64,000 bases of DNA from Butyricicoccus sp. (GTDB lineage: Bacteria; Bacillota; Clostridia; Oscillospirales; Butyricicoccaceae): NCBI GenBank assembly GCA_020025755.1, contig JAHHRO010000003.1, positions 277 to 64,276 on the forward strand, given 5' to 3'. The position numbers and the translations under genes are program-made. The notes below the pieces were generated by a model. That model did no database searches. It was not told where the DNA came from and worked only from the letters and a program-made list of their open reading frames with translations. This document shows, piece by piece, positions 18,901 to 28,349 of this stretch; positions within the stretch are counted from its first letter, which is position 1; each line of letters begins with the position of its first letter.

Positions 18901-19596
18901 TCAGCGCATCATCGCGCGGTATTCTGCATAGACCGCTTCAAACCGCGCACGCATACGGTGGCTGACCGGCACGCACCTGCCAAAGCTGCACCGAATCTCA
19001 TTGTCCACGATGGCATGGATATGCTGCAAATTCACCATATATCCCTGATGGCAGCGTGCGAATCCATAGGTCTCTAGCTCCTTTTCGATCGCAGCGAGCC
19101 GTCCGGGCACCTCGATCGCCTGTTCCTTCAGTTGAATGACCAGATGCCGGCTTTCAGACTTGATATAGATGATCTCCAGCGGCTCCAGCCGATAGACCGT
19201 GCTTTTGGTATGCACACACCAACTGCGCTTCTCGATCTTATAGTGATACACGAGCCGCTCCATCTCGCGCTGGAATATCTCCTCCGTGATCGGTTTGAGA
19301 AAAAACTGTGCCGCACGCAGGGAAAAGGCACGCGTCACATGCTCAGACTGCGAGGACATGAGGATCAGATCTGCCTTGGGCTGGCAGGCGCGAACGATCC
19401 GCGCGATTTCCAGCCCGTCTTTATCCGTGATCTCCAGATCCAGCAGAACAAAGTCGAACCGCTGCCCCTTGCGCAGGGCACGGAGCAGGGACTTGGCAGA
19501 AAGATAGTGCAGCTGCTCAAGGTCGGGCAGCTTCTCTACATATCCGCTCAGTTCTTTTAGTTGTTCTGTATCCTGTGCGCAAATCGCTATAATCAT
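18901..19596 (-). CDS. LytTR family response regulator (atypical acidic pocket)
   Basis: Receiver (FVLLDLEI...DG, FFLKP) plus LytTR domain (IIYIKS, FARCHQGYMVNL). Has ICAQD instead of the usual ICDD. Confidence 0.85.
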   Translation of the reverse strand: MIIAICAQDTEQLKELSGYVEKLPDLEQLHYLSAKSLLRALRKGQRFDFVLLDLEITDKDGLEIARIVRACQPKADLILMSSQSEHVTRAFSLRAAQFFLKPITEEIFQREMERLVYHYKIEKRSWCVHTKSTVYRLEPLEIIYIKSESRHLVIQLKEQAIEVPGRLAAIEKELETYGFARCHQGYMVNLQHIHAIVDNEIRCSFGRCVPVSHRMRARFEAVYAEYRAMMR

Positions 19597-19615
19597 AAAA
19601 ACTCTGCTCCTATGT

Positions 19616-20896
19616 TTACTTGGTGCGTGCGTTTGCTCCGCCCTGCAGCAGTGCCTGTAAGGAAAACACCTCATCCTTGAGGCTCCAAACCAGCTGCCCC
19701 CGATACTTGGCAGCGATGCGCTGCATTTCCGGAATCCCATATCCATGAAATTCTGCATCCGGCTTCTGCGTTACCAGCCGCCCTTTTTTCTGCACCACCG
19801 GACGGATGGTGGGGTTCTGCACGCGCAGGGACAGCATCATCCCCTGCTCAGATGCCCAAATGGCGATGCGGGGCGCAGGATATCCCTCACATCCTTCAAT
19901 GGCATTGTCGAGCGCAGTCGCGAGCAGCATGGCAACATCCATGGGGTCGATCCCTGTGAGCGTCAGCGGTGGGAGCTGGACCTCAAAGGGGATCTCTGGC
20001 GCATCCGCGCGCTTTGCCGTAATGACGGCATCCAAAAGCGGATTGCCCGTATCGATGAAGTTTGCAGGCTTGAGCTTGCCCAAAAATGAACTTAAATAGG
20101 CATCGAGCTTTTCATATTCCTGATGCTTCAGATAATACTGCGCGCCGATAATAAAATTCTTGAGGTCATGCCGCAGCTTATGCACATCGCGGTCATAGTT
20201 ATAGAAGGCGGTATAATGCGCGAGCTGATCGGCATTGTGTTTTTCGAGGAATTCCAGCCTTGTCCGCTCCTCCTGCACGCGCATCTGATCGCGAATGAGT
20301 CCGATGCACAGACCGATGCAGAACAGCACCAGAAACAGCGTCATGATCGTTGCAGGCATATAGAGATTATCCATCAGCGTGGCAAACATCTGAAGTGCCA
20401 TGATGGACAGACAGAATGCGATCAAAAAAATACTGGTATAGATGCTCTGCGGATGGGCGCGATACAGCACGATCCCCCGGCATACGATGACGGCAACGAT
20501 GAACTGGATCATACTTGCCCCAAGCACCATCCATGGATATGTCTGCGGATCAAAAGCCTCATATCGGATCACCGGAGCCAACGTTTGCTGTGCAGCAAGG
20601 AGTACGATCCCCTGTGCGCAGATGTTGCAGCAAAATGCAAAAGCAGCTGCGAGGACGCGGTTGATCATCTCGGTCTGATAAGAAAAGGTCACGATCAGCA
20701 TGGCGATCAGGTGCACCAGATGATCCTGTGCCACCAAGTCTGCATATATGCTTTTCCAAACCATGAACACGAAAAACAAGGCAGCGAGCAGCCCCTGTGT
20801 GCGCTTTGGGTAGGGCACAGCCTCAAAGGCTGTTTTTAAGAACAGATGTACCGTTACGAGTTCTGTACTTACTTTGATGATATATGCCAATCCCAT
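19616..20896 (-). CDS. AgrC/VirS-like membrane sensor histidine kinase (GHKL)
   Basis: Several N-terminal TM helices, H-box RHDLKN, DTGNPLLDAVI, ALDNAIEG and HGYGI. Promoter TTGACG-N17-TATAAT (20954-20926). Confidence 0.88.
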   Translation of the reverse strand: MGLAYIIKVSTELVTVHLFLKTAFEAVPYPKRTQGLLAALFFVFMVWKSIYADLVAQDHLVHLIAMLIVTFSYQTEMINRVLAAAFAFCCNICAQGIVLLAAQQTLAPVIRYEAFDPQTYPWMVLGASMIQFIVAVIVCRGIVLYRAHPQSIYTSIFLIAFCLSIMALQMFATLMDNLYMPATIMTLFLVLFCIGLCIGLIRDQMRVQEERTRLEFLEKHNADQLAHYTAFYNYDRDVHKLRHDLKNFIIGAQYYLKHQEYEKLDAYLSSFLGKLKPANFIDTGNPLLDAVITAKRADAPEIPFEVQLPPLTLTGIDPMDVAMLLATALDNAIEGCEGYPAPRIAIWASEQGMMLSLRVQNPTIRPVVQKKGRLVTQKPDAEFHGYGIPEMQRIAAKYRGQLVWSLKDEVFSLQALLQGGANARTK

Positions 20897-21054
20897 AGTG
20901 ACTCCTCTTATAAAAGAATAGTTATATTATATCGTCCCTGCGCAATTTCGTCAAATCCGCGGAGATTTCCTATAAGGTTGTCATATACAGTCATTTTTCG
21001 TTGTATTCCAAAGTGCTAAAATCACTTTGTTTTGTAAGCGCATCAAAAAAAGTG

Positions 21055-21094
21055 ATCAAAAAAAATCAGGCCGCCAAAAAAATTTTTGGCGACC
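21055..21094 (-). terminator. Rho-independent terminator in the LytTR/kinase intergenic region
   Basis: ggtcgccaaaaa / tttttggcggcc followed by a long T run on the minus strand. Confidence 0.65.
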
Positions 21095-21249
21095 CTCTCG
21101 ATTTCGCAGAAAAATTATCTACTGCGGCGTTTGCACGACCCATTCATTTCGATCCCGAACAGGAACGTTCCTCTATTTTACCGGCTGTCTGTATATGCAT
21201 TGGAAAACCCGTTTACCCATCCCATAAAGCATCCCTTTTTTAGATAAAA

Positions 21250-21945
21250 TCACTGCATGTATTCCAAAAACTGATCCATAAAATCTTTTCTGCACCGCGC
21301 ACTCAGCGGACAGCAAATCTGATCGGTACAGATCACGGTATCTGCCTCAATGGCACAAACATGTCTGGGATTTACAAAATATCCCTGATGGCTTTGCAGA
21401 AAACCGCGCTCATACAGCGACCGCTTCCATGCCTTGACATTGACACGCGCCTTATAAGACTGCTCCTGCGTCCAAACCGTCATCCTGCCATGATAGAATT
21501 CCACATATATGACGTCGTCCTGCCGCAAGGTGATAAAACGTTCGTTTTCCAGCGTCAGGGGCAGCCATGCGTTGTTATAGTCTCGCAGCATCTGCTCCAT
21601 CGCAGGCAGAAAGACTTCTTTCTGGATGGGCTTCAAAAAATACTGCGCACTTTCGAGCATGAACGCATGGGTCACATATTGTGGATAACTCGTGGAGAAC
21701 GCGATGCAGGCATAGGGCTGCGTTTCACGGATCTGCGCCGCAAGGTCGAGTCCATTGACCCCCGGCAAATCAATGTCCAGCAAGTAGATATCGAAACGGC
21801 TGCCTGCACGCAGAGCCTCTGCCAGCTCCGTTCCGTTCGCATACAGCACCAATGTCTCGATCGAAAATTTTGTGCTGAGTGATTGGATATACTGGACTGC
21901 CATCCCACCCTGTCCGGCATCATCTTCACAAATTGCAATTTTCAA
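21250..21945 (-). CDS. LytTR family response regulator
   Basis: MKIAICEDD, YLLDIDLPGVNG, YFLKPI, VIYVEF and FLQSHQGYFVN. TTG start. Confidence 0.88.
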   Translation of the reverse strand: MKIAICEDDAGQGGMAVQYIQSLSTKFSIETLVLYANGTELAEALRAGSRFDIYLLDIDLPGVNGLDLAAQIRETQPYACIAFSTSYPQYVTHAFMLESAQYFLKPIQKEVFLPAMEQMLRDYNNAWLPLTLENERFITLRQDDVIYVEFYHGRMTVWTQEQSYKARVNVKAWKRSLYERGFLQSHQGYFVNPRHVCAIEADTVICTDQICCPLSARCRKDFMDQFLEYMQ

Positions 21946-21989
21946 TCCGGATCCCTCAATTCCTTATTCATTTTTCACGATATCATGGT

Positions 21990-23138
21990 TTATTGCCCTG
22001 CGATCTCCGCACGCCAGCGTGCATTGAGATCGTCCACCAGCGTTCCAAGTGCCTGCGTGCGGAATCCGGAAACATCCATCTGTGCAAGCTCCTCCACGTC
22101 CGTCAAATCCACATCCTTCTTTTGCAGCGGAATCGCTGCCATATCCTGCACAAGGATGGTCTGTGCTTCGGGCGAGAGCAGATAATTGATGAACGCCGTA
22201 CCGCCCTCCTTGTTGCCGCTGAATGACGGCACGGCTGCGCCCTGCGCTGCGCCGGTGAACTTTGGCTCGATGGCGGCAAGCTTGATCCGCTCGGGCAGAC
22301 TGCCTGCCTTTCGTCTGGAAAGTGCCATATCCGCCCACGCCGGACAGGCATCGATCTTCCCCTCCGCCAGCAGATCCAAAGCCGCTTCGCTGTCCTTCGG
22401 GTAGGTCACCTTGCCCCCCTCCTGATAAAGATATGGGTGCAATGCCCTGAGATGCGCAAAGCCATCATCCCATTTTTCCTCCCACTTGGGGTCACTGCTC
22501 ATCAGTGCTTCCTCATCCGCGATCCGGTTATAGATCGTCGTGCGGATAAAGGAATCCCCTGCGCTGTCCCTGCCCGGTGCATTGTAGGTAAAACGGGTCG
22601 GATGCGCTTTGATCCATGCGTCCAGTTCGTCCGCCGTCTTGGGCACTTCGGTCATCTTTTCCGAATCGTATGCCAGCATGACCGTCGTGGCGCGGTAGGG
22701 CTGCACCCTGCCATGTGCCACAACCGGCTGTGCGGTCACGCCCTCGGCATTGGGCAGCTTATCCAGATCCAGCTTCATGAGGATATCTTCATCCGTCAGG
22801 GCGACCATACGCGTCAAGTCGTCATCTCCCAGATCCACCACATCATATTGGGTGTCGATCGCCTGCGACTCATAGGCGAAAATCAGCTGATCTGCCAGAC
22901 CCTCCTGCTCTCCTGCCGAAACGAAGTGCAGCTCTGCCGTATACTTGCCCTTGATGTCCTTCGCCTCGTTGAAGCCGTCTATCAGCTTCTCAAAAGTCTG
23001 CCGCACATTTTCTCCGCCGCTTGCCCATACATTGACCGTTGTCGCAGTGGTCTGTTCCTCCGCAGAACCGCATCCGGCAAGCATGCCTGTCAGCAATAGC
23101 GATGTTGTCAGGACGGCTAACATTTTTTTGCGTTTCAT
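21990..23138 (-). CDS. Orphan extracellular solute-binding lipoprotein (polyamine/iron-type ABC SBP family)
   Basis: Lipobox MLAGC, VMLAYDSE and AFINYLLSPEAQ motifs; no cognate permease adjacent. Confidence 0.8.
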   Translation of the reverse strand: MKRKKMLAVLTTSLLLTGMLAGCGSAEEQTTATTVNVWASGGENVRQTFEKLIDGFNEAKDIKGKYTAELHFVSAGEQEGLADQLIFAYESQAIDTQYDVVDLGDDDLTRMVALTDEDILMKLDLDKLPNAEGVTAQPVVAHGRVQPYRATTVMLAYDSEKMTEVPKTADELDAWIKAHPTRFTYNAPGRDSAGDSFIRTTIYNRIADEEALMSSDPKWEEKWDDGFAHLRALHPYLYQEGGKVTYPKDSEAALDLLAEGKIDACPAWADMALSRRKAGSLPERIKLAAIEPKFTGAAQGAAVPSFSGNKEGGTAFINYLLSPEAQTILVQDMAAIPLQKKDVDLTDVEELAQMDVSGFRTQALGTLVDDLNARWRAEIAGQ

Positions 23139-23233
23139 TCGTCTTCCTCGCTCTTCTATTATACACTTGGTCAGGCAGCCCCCATTTCCTGACTGACTAC
23201 CATTGTATCATAGATTTTCCATTCTGTATGCAC

Positions 23234-23262
23234 AAAAAGTCGTGCAATCGCACGACTTTTTT
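23234..23262. terminator. Terminator after the nucleoside ABC operon
   Basis: aaaaagtcgtgc / gcacgacttttt. Confidence 0.75.
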
Positions 23263-23269
23263 GAGCAGT

Positions 23270-24226
23270 TTAACGCTCCTCACGAAAGTAATTGACGCCG
23301 AGGGAGCCGGGGATATTGAGATCTCGCTTCTTGCTGATGGAGCTGAGGATCAGAATGATTGCCGTGATGAGGAAGGGCAGCATATCATAAAACGCCGTCG
23401 GCAGCTTGATGATGGAGGGCGGCATATAATACTTGAGCACACGCAGCGCACCGAAAACAAACGAGCCGCCAATGGCGATCCACGGGTTCCACTTGGCAAA
23501 GATAACCAGTGCAACCGCGATCCAGCCCAGACCGCCGACATTGTTGGAGATCCAGACACCGCTGTTGATAATCATGGCACAGTATGCGCCGCCAATGCCG
23601 CAGATGCCGCCGCCAATCAGGATCATGAGATACTTCCAGCGCGTCACATTGATGCCTGCCGCATCGGCTGCCGCCGGATTGTGACCGATCGCCTGCACAT
23701 TCAGCCCCAGCTTGGTCTTTTTGAAGAACAGACCGGCACAAACTGCCAGCACGATGCCCAGATATACGAACGGGCTGTAGGAAAACAGCAGATCGCCTGC
23801 CACAGGGATATCACTCAGACCTGCAATATGGATCTCACGCATCTGCGCGGTGATGCCCTCAGGCAGCTTGAGCGTGCCGTTCTCCGTGTGCCCCAGCATG
23901 TAGATGCCGACGAAGTTTGCAAGTCCAATGCCGAAGATGGTCAGCGTCAGACCGGATACGTTCTGATCCGCCAGAAAGGTGACGGTCAGCACCGCATAGA
24001 TGAGCGCGGCAACAACACCCGCTGCAAACGCCGCCAACAGGGCAAGCACAAAGGAATCGGTCTGCATGCCCACCATAAATCCGGCACATGCGCCAATGGA
24101 CATCATGCCCTCAACACCCAAGTTGAGGTGTCCGACCTTCTCACACAGGATCTCTCCCACCGTACCAAACAGCAGCGGAATGCTTGCCGCAACCGCCGCA
24201 ACCAGAAATTTAATAAACAGATCCAT
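23270..24226 (-). CDS. Nucleoside/sugar ABC transporter permease (NupC-like)
   Basis: GEILCEKVGHLNLGVEGMM, GHNPAAADAAGINV and GWIAVALVIFAKWNP. Confidence 0.9.
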   Translation of the reverse strand: MDLFIKFLVAAVAASIPLLFGTVGEILCEKVGHLNLGVEGMMSIGACAGFMVGMQTDSFVLALLAAFAAGVVAALIYAVLTVTFLADQNVSGLTLTIFGIGLANFVGIYMLGHTENGTLKLPEGITAQMREIHIAGLSDIPVAGDLLFSYSPFVYLGIVLAVCAGLFFKKTKLGLNVQAIGHNPAAADAAGINVTRWKYLMILIGGGICGIGGAYCAMIINSGVWISNNVGGLGWIAVALVIFAKWNPWIAIGGSFVFGALRVLKYYMPPSIIKLPTAFYDMLPFLITAIILILSSISKKRDLNIPGSLGVNYFREER

Positions 24227-25300
24227 TTACTTTGTGCCTCCTTCTGCCGTCTGCTTGTGATCGCGCACGAACTTATACCGCACGAAGAACTCACAGCCCA
24301 GTACGAAAAACAGGATGATGCCCTGCAAAACATCCGCACAGTCGGTGGACAGCCCAAACTCGGACTGGATGACCGATGAACCCTTTTCCAGTACGGCGAA
24401 CAGGAACGCGATCACCAGACTGCTCATCGGGTTGAGCCGCGCAAGCCATGCGACGATGATCGCTGTAAAGCCCACGCCGCCTGCAATGCCCACCGTCAGG
24501 GTGCGGTCGGAGCCGGTCGCCTGCACCATGCCCGCAATGCCTGCGATGGCACCGGACAGGAACATGGTGCGCAGAATGATGCGCTGTACGTTCATACCTG
24601 CATAGGTTGCCGTTGGGCGGCTTTCGCCAACAACCGAGATCTCATACCCCTGCTTGGTATAGCGCAGGTAAATGAACACCAGCACCACCAGCACCAGCGC
24701 GATGATCCATCCCACCTGCACGCCGAACACCTTGGGCAAGACCGCGCTTTTTTCAAAGCTCGCGATCTTCGGGAAGCCGTTTGCCGCAGGATCGCGCCAC
24801 GGGCCTTCTTGCAGCCATGCCACGATATAAAGCGCGATATAGTTGAGCATCAGGGTGAAAAGCGTCTCGTTTGTGCCGAAACGCACCTTAAAAAATGCCG
24901 GAATGAGTGCCCAGATGCCGCCGCCGATGAGTCCGGCAAGGAACATGAGCGGAAACAGGAGAAATGCCGGCAGATCGGCATGGAACAGGGCAAAGTAGGA
25001 GGCAAACACACCGCCCATGATGAGTTGTCCCTCGCCGCCGATGTTCCAGAACTTCATCTTAAAGGACAGCGTTACGCCCAGCGCGGCAATAATCAGGGGG
25101 ATCATGATCTTTACGGTCGCCTGCACTGCCATCTTGGAACGGAACGCGCCCGAAAGGATGGTCGCATAGACGGCAAACGGGTTATTGCCCAGCAGGAGCA
25201 GGAACAAACCGCCTGCACACAGTGCCAGCACGAATGCGCCCAGACGCAGCAAAAGCTGCTGTCTCGCGCTCTTTTCCTTGGTTTTTACAATGCGTATCAC
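24227..25300 (-). CDS. Nucleoside/sugar ABC transporter permease (NupB-like)
   Basis: WNIGGEGQ, NETLFTLMLNYIA and GFTAIIVAWLA. GTG start at 25300 overlaps the ATPase stop. Confidence 0.9.
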   Translation of the reverse strand: MIRIVKTKEKSARQQLLLRLGAFVLALCAGGLFLLLLGNNPFAVYATILSGAFRSKMAVQATVKIMIPLIIAALGVTLSFKMKFWNIGGEGQLIMGGVFASYFALFHADLPAFLLFPLMFLAGLIGGGIWALIPAFFKVRFGTNETLFTLMLNYIALYIVAWLQEGPWRDPAANGFPKIASFEKSAVLPKVFGVQVGWIIALVLVVLVFIYLRYTKQGYEISVVGESRPTATYAGMNVQRIILRTMFLSGAIAGIAGMVQATGSDRTLTVGIAGGVGFTAIIVAWLARLNPMSSLVIAFLFAVLEKGSSVIQSEFGLSTDCADVLQGIILFFVLGCEFFVRYKFVRDHKQTAEGGTK

Positions 25301-26814
25301 GCCTCTGTCTCCTCTCCCGCGCCGACCATCAGCCGCGCGATATCGTCCTTGGTTGCCGTTCTTCCGTCCACGATGCCGGTCACTTGTCCATGACACATGA
25401 CCATGATGCGGTCGGAAAGTGCCATCAGCACATCGAGATCCTCCCCGATGAATACCACGGCAACGCCCTGCTTTTTCTGTTCGTTCAGAAGGTCATACAC
25501 CGTGTACGAGGAATTGATATCCAAGCCGCGCACGGGATACGCCGTAATGAGCACCTGCGGATCGGACTCGATCTCACGCCCCAAAAGTACCTTCTGCACA
25601 TTGCCGCCCGACATCAGGCGTACCGGCGTATCCACGGACGGGGTGACGATACCCAGCCGCTCGACCAGTTCCTCCGCATGCTGACGCGCCGGTGCCGGAT
25701 CAATGAACGGTCCCTTGGGGGTATCGTAGGTCTTGAGCATGAGGTTGCCCACCATGCCCATCGACGCCACAAGTCCCATGCCCAGACGATCCTCGGGCAC
25801 AAAGCCCAGCTGTACGCCCAGACGGATGATCTCACGCGGCGACTTGCCAATCAGGTTTTCCTTATGGTACAGCACCGCGCCCTTTTCCGCCGGACACAGA
25901 CCCGCGATGCACTCGCACAGTTCCTTTTGCCCCGAGCCTGCAATGCCTGCAACGCCCAAGATCTCGCCCGTGCGCACCTCAAAGCTCGCGTCATCAATGG
26001 CAATCGTGCCATCCGGCTTGCGCACGGTCAGGTCAACGATCTTGAGAATGGTCTTGGGATCGACCGCCTCGGGACGCGCGATCTCGAGCGATACCGGTCT
26101 ACCGACCATGAGTTCGGTCAGCTTCTGTTCGTCGGTCTCGGCGGTGTTCACCGTCTCGATGTACTTGCCCTTGCGCAGAATGGTGACGCGGTCGGAGATG
26201 GACAGCACCTCATTGAGTTTATGGGTGATGATGATGATCGCACAGCCCTGCGCGCGCATGGAACGCAGGATATCAAACAGACGCTCGGTCTCCTGCGGAG
26301 TCAGTACGGCGGTCGGCTCGTCCAGAATGAGGATCTTCTGTCCGCGATAAAGCACCTTCAGGATCTCTACGTTCTGCTTTTCCGAGACAGACATCTCGAA
26401 TGCACGGCGGTCGGGGTCGATCTCCAGTCCAATGGATTGGCTGATCTCCTGCACCTTTTTGCGCATGACCGCGGCGGACAGCCGCTTGCCTGCCGTGCCC
26501 ACTGCGATATTCTCGGACGCGGTGAATACATCGACCAGCTTGAAATGCTGGTGGATCATGCCAATGCCCAGTGCCATAGAGTCCTCCGGTGAGTTGATCC
26601 GAACCTCCTCGCCTGCAATTTTGATGGTTCCGGCATCGGGGTGATAGATGCCGGACAGCATATTCATAAGCGTGGTCTTGCCGGAGCCGTTCTCTCCGAG
26701 CAGGGCAAGCACCTCGCCATAGCGCACGGTCAGATCGACTGCGTCATTTGCAACGACCGTACCAAAGGTCTTGGTAATGCCGCGGCACTCGATCGCATAT
26801 TCGGTATTTGCCAT
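25297..26814 (-). CDS. Nucleoside/sugar ABC transporter ATPase (two NBDs)
   Basis: GENGSGKTT, ILDEPTAVL and MSGGNVQKV. Confidence 0.93.
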   Translation of the reverse strand: MANTEYAIECRGITKTFGTVVANDAVDLTVRYGEVLALLGENGSGKTTLMNMLSGIYHPDAGTIKIAGEEVRINSPEDSMALGIGMIHQHFKLVDVFTASENIAVGTAGKRLSAAVMRKKVQEISQSIGLEIDPDRRAFEMSVSEKQNVEILKVLYRGQKILILDEPTAVLTPQETERLFDILRSMRAQGCAIIIITHKLNEVLSISDRVTILRKGKYIETVNTAETDEQKLTELMVGRPVSLEIARPEAVDPKTILKIVDLTVRKPDGTIAIDDASFEVRTGEILGVAGIAGSGQKELCECIAGLCPAEKGAVLYHKENLIGKSPREIIRLGVQLGFVPEDRLGMGLVASMGMVGNLMLKTYDTPKGPFIDPAPARQHAEELVERLGIVTPSVDTPVRLMSGGNVQKVLLGREIESDPQVLITAYPVRGLDINSSYTVYDLLNEQKKQGVAVVFIGEDLDVLMALSDRIMVMCHGQVTGIVDGRTATKDDIARLMVGAGEETEA

Positions 26815-26900
26815 AAATTCTCCTTCTTTCTTACAGGATACGTCGCAAAAGGGCGGTCAAAATTGTTTTGACCGCCCTTCAAAGTACGATTTGGGTTGCG

Positions 26901-28052
26901 TTATGCCAGTTTTACGTTCTTGTAGTACCAGTTGCAGGTGCCGTACTCCTCAGCCTTGAGGGTGTGCTTCTGTCCTTCGTTGTCCTCGTACTCGGTCACG
27001 CCGTCAAAGATATCCCATTCGCCGCTCATGATCTTGTCCTGTACTTCCTTGATCTTGTCCGCAGTTCCCTCTGCTGCCAGATCGGAAATCGGTGCGAGCT
27101 TGACAAGGCCGTCCTGCATGGAGCCAAAGTAGTTCTTGCCTGTCCATGTGCCGTTGATGACGTCCTCAACTGCCTTGGTGTAGAATACCGACCAATCCCA
27201 CATAACAGAGGTCAGGGTAGAGCCCGGTGCCTTCTCTGCCATATCGGAGTTGTAGCCGACTGCATAGACGCCAGCCTTCTCGGCTTCGATCGCCGGATTT
27301 GCGGTGTCACAGTGCTGGGTGATCACATCACAGCCGAGGTCGAGCAGGGACTTTGCAGCCTGACCCTCGCCCTCCGGTGCGAACCATGCACCAGTAACCT
27401 TGACGTAAACCTCAGCATCGGGATTTACGGACTCAACGCCCATTGCGAATGCATTGACACCCGAAGTGACCTCGCCGTTCTCGTTGTTCTGCGCTGCCAC
27501 ATAGCCGATCTTGTTGCTCTTTGTCTTCATACCAGCCGCGATACCGGACAGGTAACGCGCCTGATTGATCTTGCCAAAGTAATTGATGAAGTTCTTGCCG
27601 TTGGACTTGTAGCCCGTGCCGTGTGCAAACAGCACGTCCGGATATTCCTCCGCCATTTCCTCTACATAGTCCATATATCCCCAAGAGGTTGCAAAGATGA
27701 TCTGGCAGCCTTCCTCGACACATTCCTCGAGCGCGGTGCGGATCGCAGTTGCCTTGGAGTCGTCTACATTGTTCTTGCGGATGATCTGGCTGTCGTCCAG
27801 ACCGAGCTTCTTCTGCATGCCCTGAATGCCAAGGTCATGGGTGTAGGTGTAGCCTGCCCCCTCTGCCGGATCGGTGATATGCACAACGCCGACCTTGAGG
27901 TCTTCCTTCGCGACTGCCGGGAACAGTCCCTCTGCCGCTGCATTGTTTTCCTTGTTGGTCTCTTCCGGCTTCTGCTCTCCGCCAGCTCCACAGCCTGCCA
28001 TCAGGGTCAGGCTCATTGCGCCGGCAAGCACTGCACTCAGAAATCTCTTCAT
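26901..28052 (-). CDS. BMP family nucleoside-binding lipoprotein
   Basis: Lipobox MAGC, GYTYTHDLG, IFATSWGY, RYLSGIAAG, GCDVITQH and GYNSDM. Confidence 0.9.
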   Translation of the reverse strand: MKRFLSAVLAGAMSLTLMAGCGAGGEQKPEETNKENNAAAEGLFPAVAKEDLKVGVVHITDPAEGAGYTYTHDLGIQGMQKKLGLDDSQIIRKNNVDDSKATAIRTALEECVEEGCQIIFATSWGYMDYVEEMAEEYPDVLFAHGTGYKSNGKNFINYFGKINQARYLSGIAAGMKTKSNKIGYVAAQNNENGEVTSGVNAFAMGVESVNPDAEVYVKVTGAWFAPEGEGQAAKSLLDLGCDVITQHCDTANPAIEAEKAGVYAVGYNSDMAEKAPGSTLTSVMWDWSVFYTKAVEDVINGTWTGKNYFGSMQDGLVKLAPISDLAAEGTADKIKEVQDKIMSGEWDIFDGVTEYEDNEGQKHTLKAEEYGTCNWYYKNVKLA

Positions 28053-28204
28053 GCCTTTGTAATCCTCCTAAAAAAACTCATCTTGGCGGCATGGGGCTTG
28101 CTCGCAAAAATAGAGCAAAACATGCCGTTTGCTCTATCGGTATTCCCTGCCATCCGTGTTTTCCTTACGAGAGTAAGTATAAACAAAACCACGATTTTTG
28201 TCAA
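28053..28204 (-). promoter_or_regulatory. Sigma-A promoter and structured 5' leader of the BMP operon
   Basis: TTGACA(28204-28199)-N17-TATACT(28181-28176). Leader carries the hairpin ATAGAGCAAA-CGGCATGT-TTTGCTCTAT followed by TTTT. Confidence 0.7.
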
Positions 28205-28276
28205 GGTTTTTTGCAATTTCTTTGATTTTACCATTTGACCAAATAAAAAAGTTACAAATTTTCAATTTCACAATCA

Positions 28277-28306
28277 CAAAAGAACCAAGGAGACTTGGTT
28301 CTTTTG
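28277..28306. terminator. Terminator after yihA
   Basis: caaaagaaccaag / cttggttcttttg. Confidence 0.7.
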
Positions 28307-28349
28307 CAAGGAAATTTTACATTTTATACAAAGATCGTTTCAATGGATT

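Noticed and set aside
21001..21243. AgrD-like autoinducer peptide ORF
   Set aside because: The short ORFs here lack an RBS and the Cys/Ser ring plus PxxP tail pattern of AgrD.
28053..28175. Purine riboswitch upstream of the BMP gene
   Set aside because: Lacks the UA-UAAU / GAUAUGG / UUUCUACC / CCGUAAA core; kept as an unknown leader instead.
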